From an uncultured bacterium (GTDB lineage: Bacteria > Zixibacteria > MSB-5A5 > UBA10806), in NCBI GenBank assembly GCA_965541585.1, contig CBEUCH010000004.1, positions 32,001 through 96,000 on the forward strand: a stretch of 64,000 bases of DNA, given 5' to 3'. A program made the position numbers and the translations under genes. Shown here one piece after another: positions 49,957 to 58,044 of the stretch. The number at the start of each line of letters is the position of its first letter. The stretch's first letter is position 1. The notes beneath the pieces were generated by a model, which was given only the letters and a program-made list of their open reading frames with translations, did no database searches and had not been told where the DNA came from.

Positions 49957-50853
49957 ATGCCCGATGAATCCTTAAAAAAATATATCCCGTTTTTCGGCTG
50001 CATGATGGTCACCAAATATCCGCAATTCGAGTCGGCCGTGCGCAAAACTGTGGCTAAGATCGGAATGGAACTCGTGGACGTTGACGGTTTTACCTGTTGC
50101 CCCGATCCCATCTACTTCCAGGCGCGGGATAAGATGGAATGGTATACAATTGCCGCCCGCAACATATCGCTGGCCGAGGATCTGGGGTATGATATCATCA
50201 CGACCTGCTCGGGCTGCACCGCCACCCTTTCAGAGGTCAATCTGGCCCTGAAGGAAGATCCGGATCTAAAAGAGAATATTAATAAGCGCCTGATGAAAAT
50301 CGGCAGGCAATTCAAAGGTTCGATAAATGTCCGGCACGCCGTCACCGTCCTGCGGGATGATTTCGGTATCGACCGGATAACCAAAACCGTTACTCGGCCC
50401 CTTGAGGGATTGAAGGCAGCCGTCCATTATGGTTGTCATCTTTTAAAACCGTCGCGGGTGATGAGAGTGGACGACCCGGACCGCCCGACGATTCTCGAGA
50501 GCTTTTTGAAGGCTATCGGCGTGGAGCCGGTTTATCATGACAGAACTCTTTTATGCTGCGGTAAGGCCTGCACGACCGATACGATTCCGGATCGGATGGT
50601 TATTGATATCCTGGAGTCAATACGGGCTAAAGGCGCCGACTGCATGGGCCTGATTTGCCCGACCTGTTTCGACCAGTTCGATGTCAAGCAGATCATTTTG
50701 AATCGAAAATATAAAAAGAATTTCGAAATACCGGTCATCTACTATTTTCAGCTTCTCGGCCTGGCGCAGGGACTGAAGCCGGAAGAGCTCGGGCTCCATC
50801 TGCACAAGATCAAAGTCGATCGCATACTTAATACGGTAGCGGTGGCATCATAG
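49957..50853 (+). CDS. hdrB: Heterodisulfide reductase subunit B-like
   Basis: Two CCG domains: GC..TCCP..CSGC and HYGCH..CCG..CPTCFDQFD. Confidence 0.9.
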   Translation: MPDESLKKYIPFFGCMMVTKYPQFESAVRKTVAKIGMELVDVDGFTCCPDPIYFQARDKMEWYTIAARNISLAEDLGYDIITTCSGCTATLSEVNLALKEDPDLKENINKRLMKIGRQFKGSINVRHAVTVLRDDFGIDRITKTVTRPLEGLKAAVHYGCHLLKPSRVMRVDDPDRPTILESFLKAIGVEPVYHDRTLLCCGKACTTDTIPDRMVIDILESIRAKGADCMGLICPTCFDQFDVKQIILNRKYKKNFEIPVIYYFQLLGLAQGLKPEELGLHLHKIKVDRILNTVAVAS

Positions 50854-50924
50854 AGATCCGCGGTCATCATACAGATCCGCAGGAAAATATATTATTTCAC
50901 ACGACAGGGGGGACGATCACCCCT

Positions 50925-53876
50925 CTAAACTCTGATCCTCTCCACCAGCGTCTCAATGACCCTGGCTGCATCCGCCGTGCGTTTCAGGAAATCGTCATAT
51001 AGCTTCCCTGCGGCCTCGGCGCTGTCGCCGTATCCCATGCTCTCGGCTACCGGCTGGAGGTGCTCCTGCTCGATAACGTTGTGGGCGGCAACCTTTAATC
51101 GATAAGTATCTCGAAGCTTCTTTATAAAGTCCAGATGCTGTCCAATTTGCTTGAATTCCTTTGCATGGGCAGGTTCGATTTCCACCAGCCTCTGCAGAAA
51201 CTTTCTGGATAAGGGATCGCGCACCCTGTGCTTGGCCTTATATATCAGAAGCAACATTTCGATGTCGCGCAGCCCCCCGGGGCATTCCTTGATGTCCCGG
51301 AAATGATCGTCATCTTTCTGCGCGTGACGTGCCGTGAGTTCATTCTTCATCTGCTCTATGTACCGGGAGGCGCGGGCGAATATCAGCGGGCTGATAATCT
51401 CATCCTGGAGCTGGTTTTCCAGTTTTCTACTCCCCACCAGCATCCTCGAACTCAATATTTGCGACTGATCTATGAAAATGCTCTCTCCGGGATTTTCAAG
51501 GTGATTGGCCAGTTGATCGAAACTGATAACATAGCTGCCAAAGTGATCGGCGAAACGATGATGCGGCAGAATCCCCCGTTTTAGTATCTCGGAATTCATT
51601 TTGCCAACAATCTTATTGCAGTATTCAATCTCATCTTCCTCGGAGGAGTCGAGGATAACGATCATGTCGTAATCGTCATCGAAACCCTGCTCGCGGGCAT
51701 GACCTCCGGTTGCATACAACGCGAAAAGATCGTGGGTACGCTGAGAATATCCGAGCGATAGATGTATATCCTCATGGCAGAGCTCATATAACGTAAGAGT
51801 GTAGTTGTCTGTAAACTCGATAAATTCCGCATCGGTCTGCTCACAGGCAGCGCCCGACATGGCAAGTATACTAACCCGCACGAATTCCAGATCATAATAA
51901 TCTCCAAGCTGTTCGATACGTTCCCCCACGGGCGACAGCGATGTCAGGTCGCTGTAAAAACCGCTGGTGATCTCTTTCAGTTTTTCGTTATTATGGAGAT
52001 TCTTGATAAACATCGGGTATTTGTTCAGAATGCTGTGGAAATGCCGCTTGAAGAATTGACTGCTCTGGTAGTGCAGATTACATAACGCCAGAAGCTGTCC
52101 GTATATATGTTGCAGTTCGGGCAACGGCTGCTCCCTGTGAGAAAGCTCTGTGAATCTGGACAGACAGTCTTTATCGATAAGGGCCAGAAATTTGTTCAAC
52201 ATCACAGGATAGGCGTAAACCAGATGTGTCAAAAGAGCTGAGGCGTCCCGAAGAAGGCCGAGTTCATCGATAAAGAGATAACTTATGAGATTGAAAAGGC
52301 TTTTCTGCTCATCGGTCTTGGCCCTTTCTCCGAGAATCACGAGAAACCTGACGACTGAGCCAGGGTCATACCTGGCGCCGTTTATATAGCCATAGGCGAC
52401 TTTGCGCCGCAGCCTTTCAGGCAATTTGTTGAGACTTTCAATAAACTCGTTTAGGAAGAGACTATTTTCAACAGCCAGCTCCTCCAGAAAATCGTCCCAG
52501 TAAGTGATCCCCTTAAAGAAATCGGAGGCCCGGATAAAATCGATTGCCAGGTTACCTTTGAATCCCGGTTTTTTGTGAATCTCTCCGGAAAAGATCGGAT
52601 TGAAGACGCTTATTTTTCGGAGATGTTTTCTTAAATCGCCGGTCAGGACTTCGATAGCATTATTACTCTTATTCAGGAATTCATAGTAGTTGACCAGCAT
52701 GAAATCCTCAGCGGAGACTACGCCCTTCTTTTCAAAACCAAGCATCCCTGCTATCCCGGCTACCATGGCTTCGATGCCGGGATCGCTCAGACTGATATCT
52801 TCATCCTGGGCAACCATTATCTGGTAGAGATGACGGAACAGTTCGAGGAAGCTCAAAGCCTGTTCCAGATCGTTGTACTGGGATTCCCGCTGAGGATTTT
52901 TCAATTTGAGTTCATCTATGATGTACCAGGAGTTGGCCTTATCCACGCCATGGACAAGCTTGAGGGCCGATAGCAGGCTTTTCATGGGCCGCAAGCCGTC
53001 ATCCTTGGGGTAGATAATTTCGGATGGCTTGGCAGAGGTCAGAAGAGAACGAATTTCACCCAGTATACCCCGGAGATAACCCTCATGATAGCGATTTTCC
53101 TTGAGACCGGGATCGAAGAAGAAACGATTGGTCACCCTTACCTTGAATTCGTCGAAGAGCTCGTAGCTTCCCAGAATCGATGCCGCACCCAGCATCTCCG
53201 TAATGATTACGAAATCATAAACACTTTTTGCGAGTATATCCTCGTATTCTTCGATGGCTGCGGCCAGGCTGTGCCGGCCGACATGTTCCGAGAGGTGGAA
53301 ATGAAGACGTGTGGCCTTTTTCAACATCTCGCCCGATAACCGTCCGATAGCCCGATTGAGGAGTTCTGAATTTTCAGTTTGGCGGTAAACTATCCCGAGA
53401 TCTATATCGTCCTGGTCGGCTCTGGTGCCGACACCCATCATAACGAATTCCGGTACTTTTTCATCATCGAGAAATATCCCCAGCAATCGCTCCATATAGC
53501 ATTTTGTCAGATAACGAAACATCCGCCCTGCTTCAAGCATCAGTTTTCTGCCAGACAACCAGCGCCGGCCACCGGCGGCTAATTCGAGTTTGACGATATC
53601 CACCATGCGCAAATTCAACGATAGAAACTGCAGGGCGTAGTAACATCCGAGGAAATTCAATTTCTCTTTTGTATCCGGTGCCGCCTGCAGCACCGTATCC
53701 ATCTCGCCCGGGATTTCCGTCGAGTAACTCCAGAGGTGCACCCTGTCACGCATCCCCTTCAACTCTAAAGATGACGTTAAGGCTTCGATATTGGCAGATA
53801 TGATATGAAGATATTTACGGTGATAATTGCCCAGGGCAGCGGTTCTTTCAGAGAGGCGTACCAACTGGTCTTTCAT
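50925..53876 (-). CDS. GlnE/GlnD-like protein with two nucleotidyltransferase domains
   Basis: GVGTRADQDDIDL and TGGHAREQGFDDDYDM NTase motifs. DIKECPGGLRDIE resembles the GlnE/GlnD K...GG.RDIE motif. Confidence 0.7.
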   Translation of the reverse strand: MKDQLVRLSERTAALGNYHRKYLHIISANIEALTSSLELKGMRDRVHLWSYSTEIPGEMDTVLQAAPDTKEKLNFLGCYYALQFLSLNLRMVDIVKLELAAGGRRWLSGRKLMLEAGRMFRYLTKCYMERLLGIFLDDEKVPEFVMMGVGTRADQDDIDLGIVYRQTENSELLNRAIGRLSGEMLKKATRLHFHLSEHVGRHSLAAAIEEYEDILAKSVYDFVIITEMLGAASILGSYELFDEFKVRVTNRFFFDPGLKENRYHEGYLRGILGEIRSLLTSAKPSEIIYPKDDGLRPMKSLLSALKLVHGVDKANSWYIIDELKLKNPQRESQYNDLEQALSFLELFRHLYQIMVAQDEDISLSDPGIEAMVAGIAGMLGFEKKGVVSAEDFMLVNYYEFLNKSNNAIEVLTGDLRKHLRKISVFNPIFSGEIHKKPGFKGNLAIDFIRASDFFKGITYWDDFLEELAVENSLFLNEFIESLNKLPERLRRKVAYGYINGARYDPGSVVRFLVILGERAKTDEQKSLFNLISYLFIDELGLLRDASALLTHLVYAYPVMLNKFLALIDKDCLSRFTELSHREQPLPELQHIYGQLLALCNLHYQSSQFFKRHFHSILNKYPMFIKNLHNNEKLKEITSGFYSDLTSLSPVGERIEQLGDYYDLEFVRVSILAMSGAACEQTDAEFIEFTDNYTLTLYELCHEDIHLSLGYSQRTHDLFALYATGGHAREQGFDDDYDMIVILDSSEEDEIEYCNKIVGKMNSEILKRGILPHHRFADHFGSYVISFDQLANHLENPGESIFIDQSQILSSRMLVGSRKLENQLQDEIISPLIFARASRYIEQMKNELTARHAQKDDDHFRDIKECPGGLRDIEMLLLIYKAKHRVRDPLSRKFLQRLVEIEPAHAKEFKQIGQHLDFIKKLRDTYRLKVAAHNVIEQEHLQPVAESMGYGDSAEAAGKLYDDFLKRTADAARVIETLVERIRV

Positions 53877-53945
53877 TTGATCCAGCCCTTAGATTTGCAA
53901 TATAGGTCGGTCATCGGAAAATGATCGGGATCTTCCCCCTGTTGG

Positions 53946-54482
53946 TCAGCCGGCGGCATCCAAACCGGCATCATACGCCTTGATATAGATATCCTCGGAG
54001 TTTTTGGGAATACGGGCCAGAATCGCCTGCTGAATTGATTTCTCGCCGACTACGTCGTTTACACCGGCAAAGAAACCCAGGGCTACGATATTGGTCATGG
54101 CGGGCTTGCCGCATTCCTTTTCGGCAATTTCCATAAAAGGTATCGAATATACTTTCCGGTCTTTATTCTCACCCGATATCTTTACATGCGAATCTACTGC
54201 AACAATCCCGTCCGGACGGAGATCATCTATATGCTTATCGAAAGCCTGTTGAGTCAGCGCCACCAGGAAATCGATGGTCTCGGCCCTGGGGTAATCGATG
54301 GCCTCATCGGAGATGATTATCTCGGCGCGGCTGGCGCTACCCCTGGCCTCCGGACCATAGGAGCAGCTTTCAGCGGCGTTGTTGTTATCATAGATAGCGG
54401 CCGCCTCCGCTATTATTCTGGCGGCCTGGATGAGCCCGGCCCCCCCGCCGCCGCTCAATCTTATGCTATATCTGAAAGCCAT
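53946..54482 (-). CDS. 2-oxoacid:ferredoxin oxidoreductase gamma subunit (orphan)
   Basis: IRLSGGGGAG, SYGPEARGSAS and NIVALG motifs. Confidence 0.88.
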   Translation of the reverse strand: MAFRYSIRLSGGGGAGLIQAARIIAEAAAIYDNNNAAESCSYGPEARGSASRAEIIISDEAIDYPRAETIDFLVALTQQAFDKHIDDLRPDGIVAVDSHVKISGENKDRKVYSIPFMEIAEKECGKPAMTNIVALGFFAGVNDVVGEKSIQQAILARIPKNSEDIYIKAYDAGLDAAG

Positions 54483-54522
54483 TTCAATCGCCTACATCCC
54501 GTGCTCTGCAGCTTTGGAAGCG

Positions 54523-54579
54523 CCGTCGGGAACCCCTTCCCGACGGGACCAAGGCTGTCAGGAAAGGGTTCCTGACAGC
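54523..54579. repeat. Inverted pair of REP-like palindromes
   Basis: CCGTCGGGAA-cccc-TTCCCGACGG (54523-54546) and GCTGTCAGGAA-aggg-TTCCTGACAGC (54554-54579). The second is a near reverse complement of the first. Confidence 0.7.
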
Positions 54580-54698
54580 TTTACCAAATCCCATATAGTC
54601 AATATATGACCAATGAAGCCTTTATTCAATGGCTAAAAAAGATCAGCGAGGCGGGTCAGAAATATATACGCTGGTGCGCGAGGATGTGCGCTAACAAC

Positions 54699-54731
54699 AA
54701 AAAGAAAGCGCCAGGTGCAAAGACCTGGCGC
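54699..54731 (-). terminator. Rho-independent terminator of the fibre cassettes
   Basis: GCGCCAGGT-N6-ACCTGGCGC stem followed on the minus strand by TTTCTTTTT. Confidence 0.7.
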
Positions 54732-54766
54732 CATAATTGACCGGACAGGCCGATCAGCCCACAACT

Positions 54767-55336
54767 TTATTGCGATACTTTTCTTACAGCCTTGGCCTTC
54801 AAGCTTGGCATGACCAGCGGCCGATCTCCACCGCCCGGCAGCAATCTACCTTCACCCGGACAATCCACACAGCCGGCAAGCGGCTCGGGGCCTCTGTAGG
54901 CCGCGATCGACTTGACAACGTCGGTAAGCTCAAAGCTCGTGCAGTTTCCATCCGCATCGGCCGAAGGCTTATACTCGGGATTCGCCTCCGTGCAAAAGCA
55001 GACGTAACCGGGTTGATCATAGCCTCTATAGTAAGCGATCATCTTGACAACGTCCGTAAGCTGCCGCGCGCTGCCGTCTTCGTCGCTGTCGCCAGGTTCG
55101 TAGATGCAGTCGCCGCCACCGGAGGGCAGACCGACCCAGTAACCGGCATCGACGGTATAGTTTTCCGATGACGACCGTCCCACTATGGCCTGCCCGATAG
55201 TGCCATCAGCCTGATGGCTCTCCGATTCCGCATGCCCTCCGCCGGAGGCGATTACAGACCAGTCGATCTGGTAATTCTGGGCACTGGCTAATGATGCTAT
55301 GAACGATAACAAGATTAATATCTTCAAAACATTCAT
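54767..55336 (-). CDS. Secreted small protein with dockerin-like C-terminal domain (copy B)
   Basis: Signal peptide, YQIDW.VIASGGG..GTIGQ..GYW domain, and two EF-hand-like repeats (GDSDEDG..LTDVVK.IAY and ADADGN..LTDVVK.IAAY). Confidence 0.75.
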   Translation of the reverse strand: MNVLKILILLSFIASLASAQNYQIDWSVIASGGGHAESESHQADGTIGQAIVGRSSSENYTVDAGYWVGLPSGGGDCIYEPGDSDEDGSARQLTDVVKMIAYYRGYDQPGYVCFCTEANPEYKPSADADGNCTSFELTDVVKSIAAYRGPEPLAGCVDCPGEGRLLPGGGDRPLVMPSLKAKAVRKVSQ

Positions 55337-55400
55337 CTGTCCCTCCTGTTAACCGGGCATTTGTTGCCCCCAAGAGGTGTCCGTGACGAACAAGGTGTAT

Positions 55401-57137
55401 TCATTTTGTCACCCAGGCACTGTTTTCGTAGAAGTTGAACTGGTTGTTCGTCGTATTGTAAATGATCATGCCGTTAACCGCAGTCAGGGCGTTCCTCTGG
55501 GCGGTGGTCATCCTGGGCAGGATAAACGCTCCTGTAGTCGAGCTGACATCCAATGCACCCTGGGGGCTTGCAGTCCCGATGCCTACATTGCCGTCCTGCC
55601 GTAAAACCATCACCTCATTATTGGCCTCATTTCGGAAATATAGCTGGGAGATTCCGGGTAAGCCAATGAACCATTTCTGGGTTCCGCCGGCCATCAATTT
55701 ATAGCCCGACATGCCGCCAGTTTGCCCATTAACTGCGATATACCGAGTCCCAAAACCATCTCCTACCTCAAGTGTATGGCTCGGCGTGGTCGTTCCGATG
55801 CCAACCCCTCCCGAAGCGCGGATGAGGAACTGATCCGCACCGGTGGAGACGAAATCGGCGTCGGTCTGGTCGGCCCAGACGAAAGCACCGTTGTGGTTGG
55901 CTTGGGCCCGGCGCCCCGCGGCAAAGGAGTAAGTGCCACCCGCTATATTTCGGGTTCCTCCGGGAACCATAGAGTGATTCCCAATGGCCGAGTTGGAATC
56001 GGCTTCAACGTCGCCACCCCCACCGCTTACAACCGAGTAATTTCCGCGTGCCTTGTTGTAGGCGCCGCCGCCGACTGTACTCTTCCATACGCTGGCATCA
56101 TTAAAAGTTCCACCGGCGACCGTGCTGCCGTCATTAGCGGCAGTGTTTTCATAGCCGCCGCCGACCGCACTGCGATTGCCGCTGGCGGTGTTGTTGGCGC
56201 CGCCGCTGACTGCTGAAGCAAAGCCGGAAGCGGTGTTACCATTCCCGCCACTGATAGTGGAGTTATCCCCGCTGGCAATATTGCTGACACCACCGCTTAC
56301 CGACGTGTAGATGGCGGTAGCCGAGTTTCCCTGGCCGGCTACGAAGGCGCTGGTGCCCGTATTTGTATTACTTGGCCCGATAGTCGCTTTGCCGGTTACA
56401 AGAATATTACCGGCAACATCCAGTTTCTCTGCCGGTGTGGCTGTCCCGATGCCTACCGAATCTGTGCTTGTCTCCAGCCTGACAACCGTGCCGTCATCAA
56501 TCCAGCCACCGCCAGCCTCCGCCTCGTTGGCTAACGGAACCCACTCGCCAGCATGGGCATAAAATGCTCTTCCCTCGAGGTGAACATGGGCGAACATGCC
56601 GTGGTAAGCTATCGGGTCAGGCAAATCCCCGAGTGTGTTGTAAAAGAATCTTATCTTGCTCTCAATGCCGGTGGCGTCGATGGCGCCGTCAACCGTCAGG
56701 TCGCTTTGAATAGTCACGTCACCGGAGATAATACCCCCGGTCGCGCCGTCAACCGTGCTGATTCGATTGGCATAGGCGACCGAGACGATTCTGGTGCGAG
56801 GCACAAGTTCGGCATCGCCCTCGACCTGCACACCGAGCCAGCGGACAGGATCGCTAAAAACGTCATCGCTGATGGGAGTAGTTTCTCCCAATGAAACATC
56901 GAACCGGCCGTCGTCATCGAACTCCACCAACTGCGTTTCCTGCCACGCATTAGGGTCTCCCGACGGCGACAGATAGATTGTGAAGGTTATATTGACCGGT
57001 TCCGTCACCGGATCTCCCTCGGAATCCGTCAATATCCCCTGGTAGCCGATCAGGGTCGGCACGTCAGCCACGACGGCTGGCGCTTTCATGAAAACTGCTA
57101 ATGCCATGATGAGAATCATTAAGAGTCTGTCTCTCAT
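55401..57137 (-). CDS. Secreted phage-tail-fibre-like adhesin (copy B)
   Basis: Signal peptide, IGYQG.L N-domain, 14-residue S.V.GG..N.A.G repeats, and VGIGT..P...L.V repeats. Confidence 0.75.
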   Translation of the reverse strand: MRDRLLMILIMALAVFMKAPAVVADVPTLIGYQGILTDSEGDPVTEPVNITFTIYLSPSGDPNAWQETQLVEFDDDGRFDVSLGETTPISDDVFSDPVRWLGVQVEGDAELVPRTRIVSVAYANRISTVDGATGGIISGDVTIQSDLTVDGAIDATGIESKIRFFYNTLGDLPDPIAYHGMFAHVHLEGRAFYAHAGEWVPLANEAEAGGGWIDDGTVVRLETSTDSVGIGTATPAEKLDVAGNILVTGKATIGPSNTNTGTSAFVAGQGNSATAIYTSVSGGVSNIASGDNSTISGGNGNTASGFASAVSGGANNTASGNRSAVGGGYENTAANDGSTVAGGTFNDASVWKSTVGGGAYNKARGNYSVVSGGGGDVEADSNSAIGNHSMVPGGTRNIAGGTYSFAAGRRAQANHNGAFVWADQTDADFVSTGADQFLIRASGGVGIGTTTPSHTLEVGDGFGTRYIAVNGQTGGMSGYKLMAGGTQKWFIGLPGISQLYFRNEANNEVMVLRQDGNVGIGTASPQGALDVSSTTGAFILPRMTTAQRNALTAVNGMIIYNTTNNQFNFYENSAWVTK

Positions 57138-57362
57138 GTTTCTCCTCCTTCAATATATGGTTATAAAGTCTAAAAACCGCACCAGGACATTCCTCGTAAA
57201 CCTGCCTTCTTCAAAACAAAGCGGGGGGAGCAACGTTTCGGCAAGTAGAGCCGCCGCTACGTTTCTTTACTGAAGAAAATGAGAGAAGTCGTTTCAGCCG
57301 CTGCCAGTAATGTCAGAGTCATAATAAGCATTATTATTGATTCCGTCAAGGGAAAACGGCGG
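56700..57362. repeat. Duplicated promoter, leader and fibre N-domain block, copy B (copy A at about 59950-60618)
   Basis: Long near-identical stretches such as catgatgagaatcattaagagtctgtctctcatgtttctcctccttcaatatatggttat. Confidence 0.85.
57321..57349 (-). promoter_or_regulatory. Sigma70-like promoter, cassette B
   Basis: TTGACG-N17-TATTAT, at the same position as in cassette A. Confidence 0.6.
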
Positions 57363-57464
57363 TCTGCTAGATGAGATTCGTGCACGCGGACAAATGTCGA
57401 CCATAATAAGGAGGCGCCAGTATATAAACCTGACGCCTGCCAGAAAATCCTTCAGCCCATAGGC

Positions 57465-58031
57465 CTATTGCGATCTCTTTTTAATAGCTCTGGCCTTCAA
57501 GCTTGGCATGACCAGCGGCTGGTCTCCAACGCCCGGCAGTAATCTACCCTGACCCGGACAATCCACACAGCCAGCAAGCGGCTCGGGGCCTCTGTAGGCT
57601 GCGATCGACTTGACAACGTCGGTAAGCTCAAAACTCGTGCAGTTTCCATCCGCATCGGCGGAAGGCTTATACTCGGGATTCGCCTCCGTGCAAAAGCAGA
57701 CGTAACCGGGTTGATCATAGCCTCTATAGTAAGCGATCATCTTGACAACGTCCGTAAGCTGCCGCGCGCTGCCGTCTTCGTCGCTGTCGCCGGGGGTGTA
57801 GACGCAGTCGCCGCCAGAGGGCAGACCGACCCAGTAACCGGCATCGACGGTATAGTTTTCCGATGACGACTGTCCCACTATGGGCTGCCCGATAGTGCCG
57901 TCGGCTTGGTGGTCAGCCGATTCGGCGTGCCCACCGCCGGAGGCGATGACGTGCCAGTCGATCTGGTAGGATTGAGCCGAGGCAGCCGACGTAGCCAGAA
58001 GTATGATGACTATCGCTTTTAAGATGTTCAT
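57465..58031 (-). CDS. Secreted small protein with dockerin-like domain (copy A)
   Basis: Near-identical paralog of 54767..55336. Start placed at MNILKA. Confidence 0.75.
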   Translation of the reverse strand: MNILKAIVIILLATSAASAQSYQIDWHVIASGGGHAESADHQADGTIGQPIVGQSSSENYTVDAGYWVGLPSGGDCVYTPGDSDEDGSARQLTDVVKMIAYYRGYDQPGYVCFCTEANPEYKPSADADGNCTSFELTDVVKSIAAYRGPEPLAGCVDCPGQGRLLPGVGDQPLVMPSLKARAIKKRSQ

Positions 58032-58044
58032 ATATGGCCCCCCT

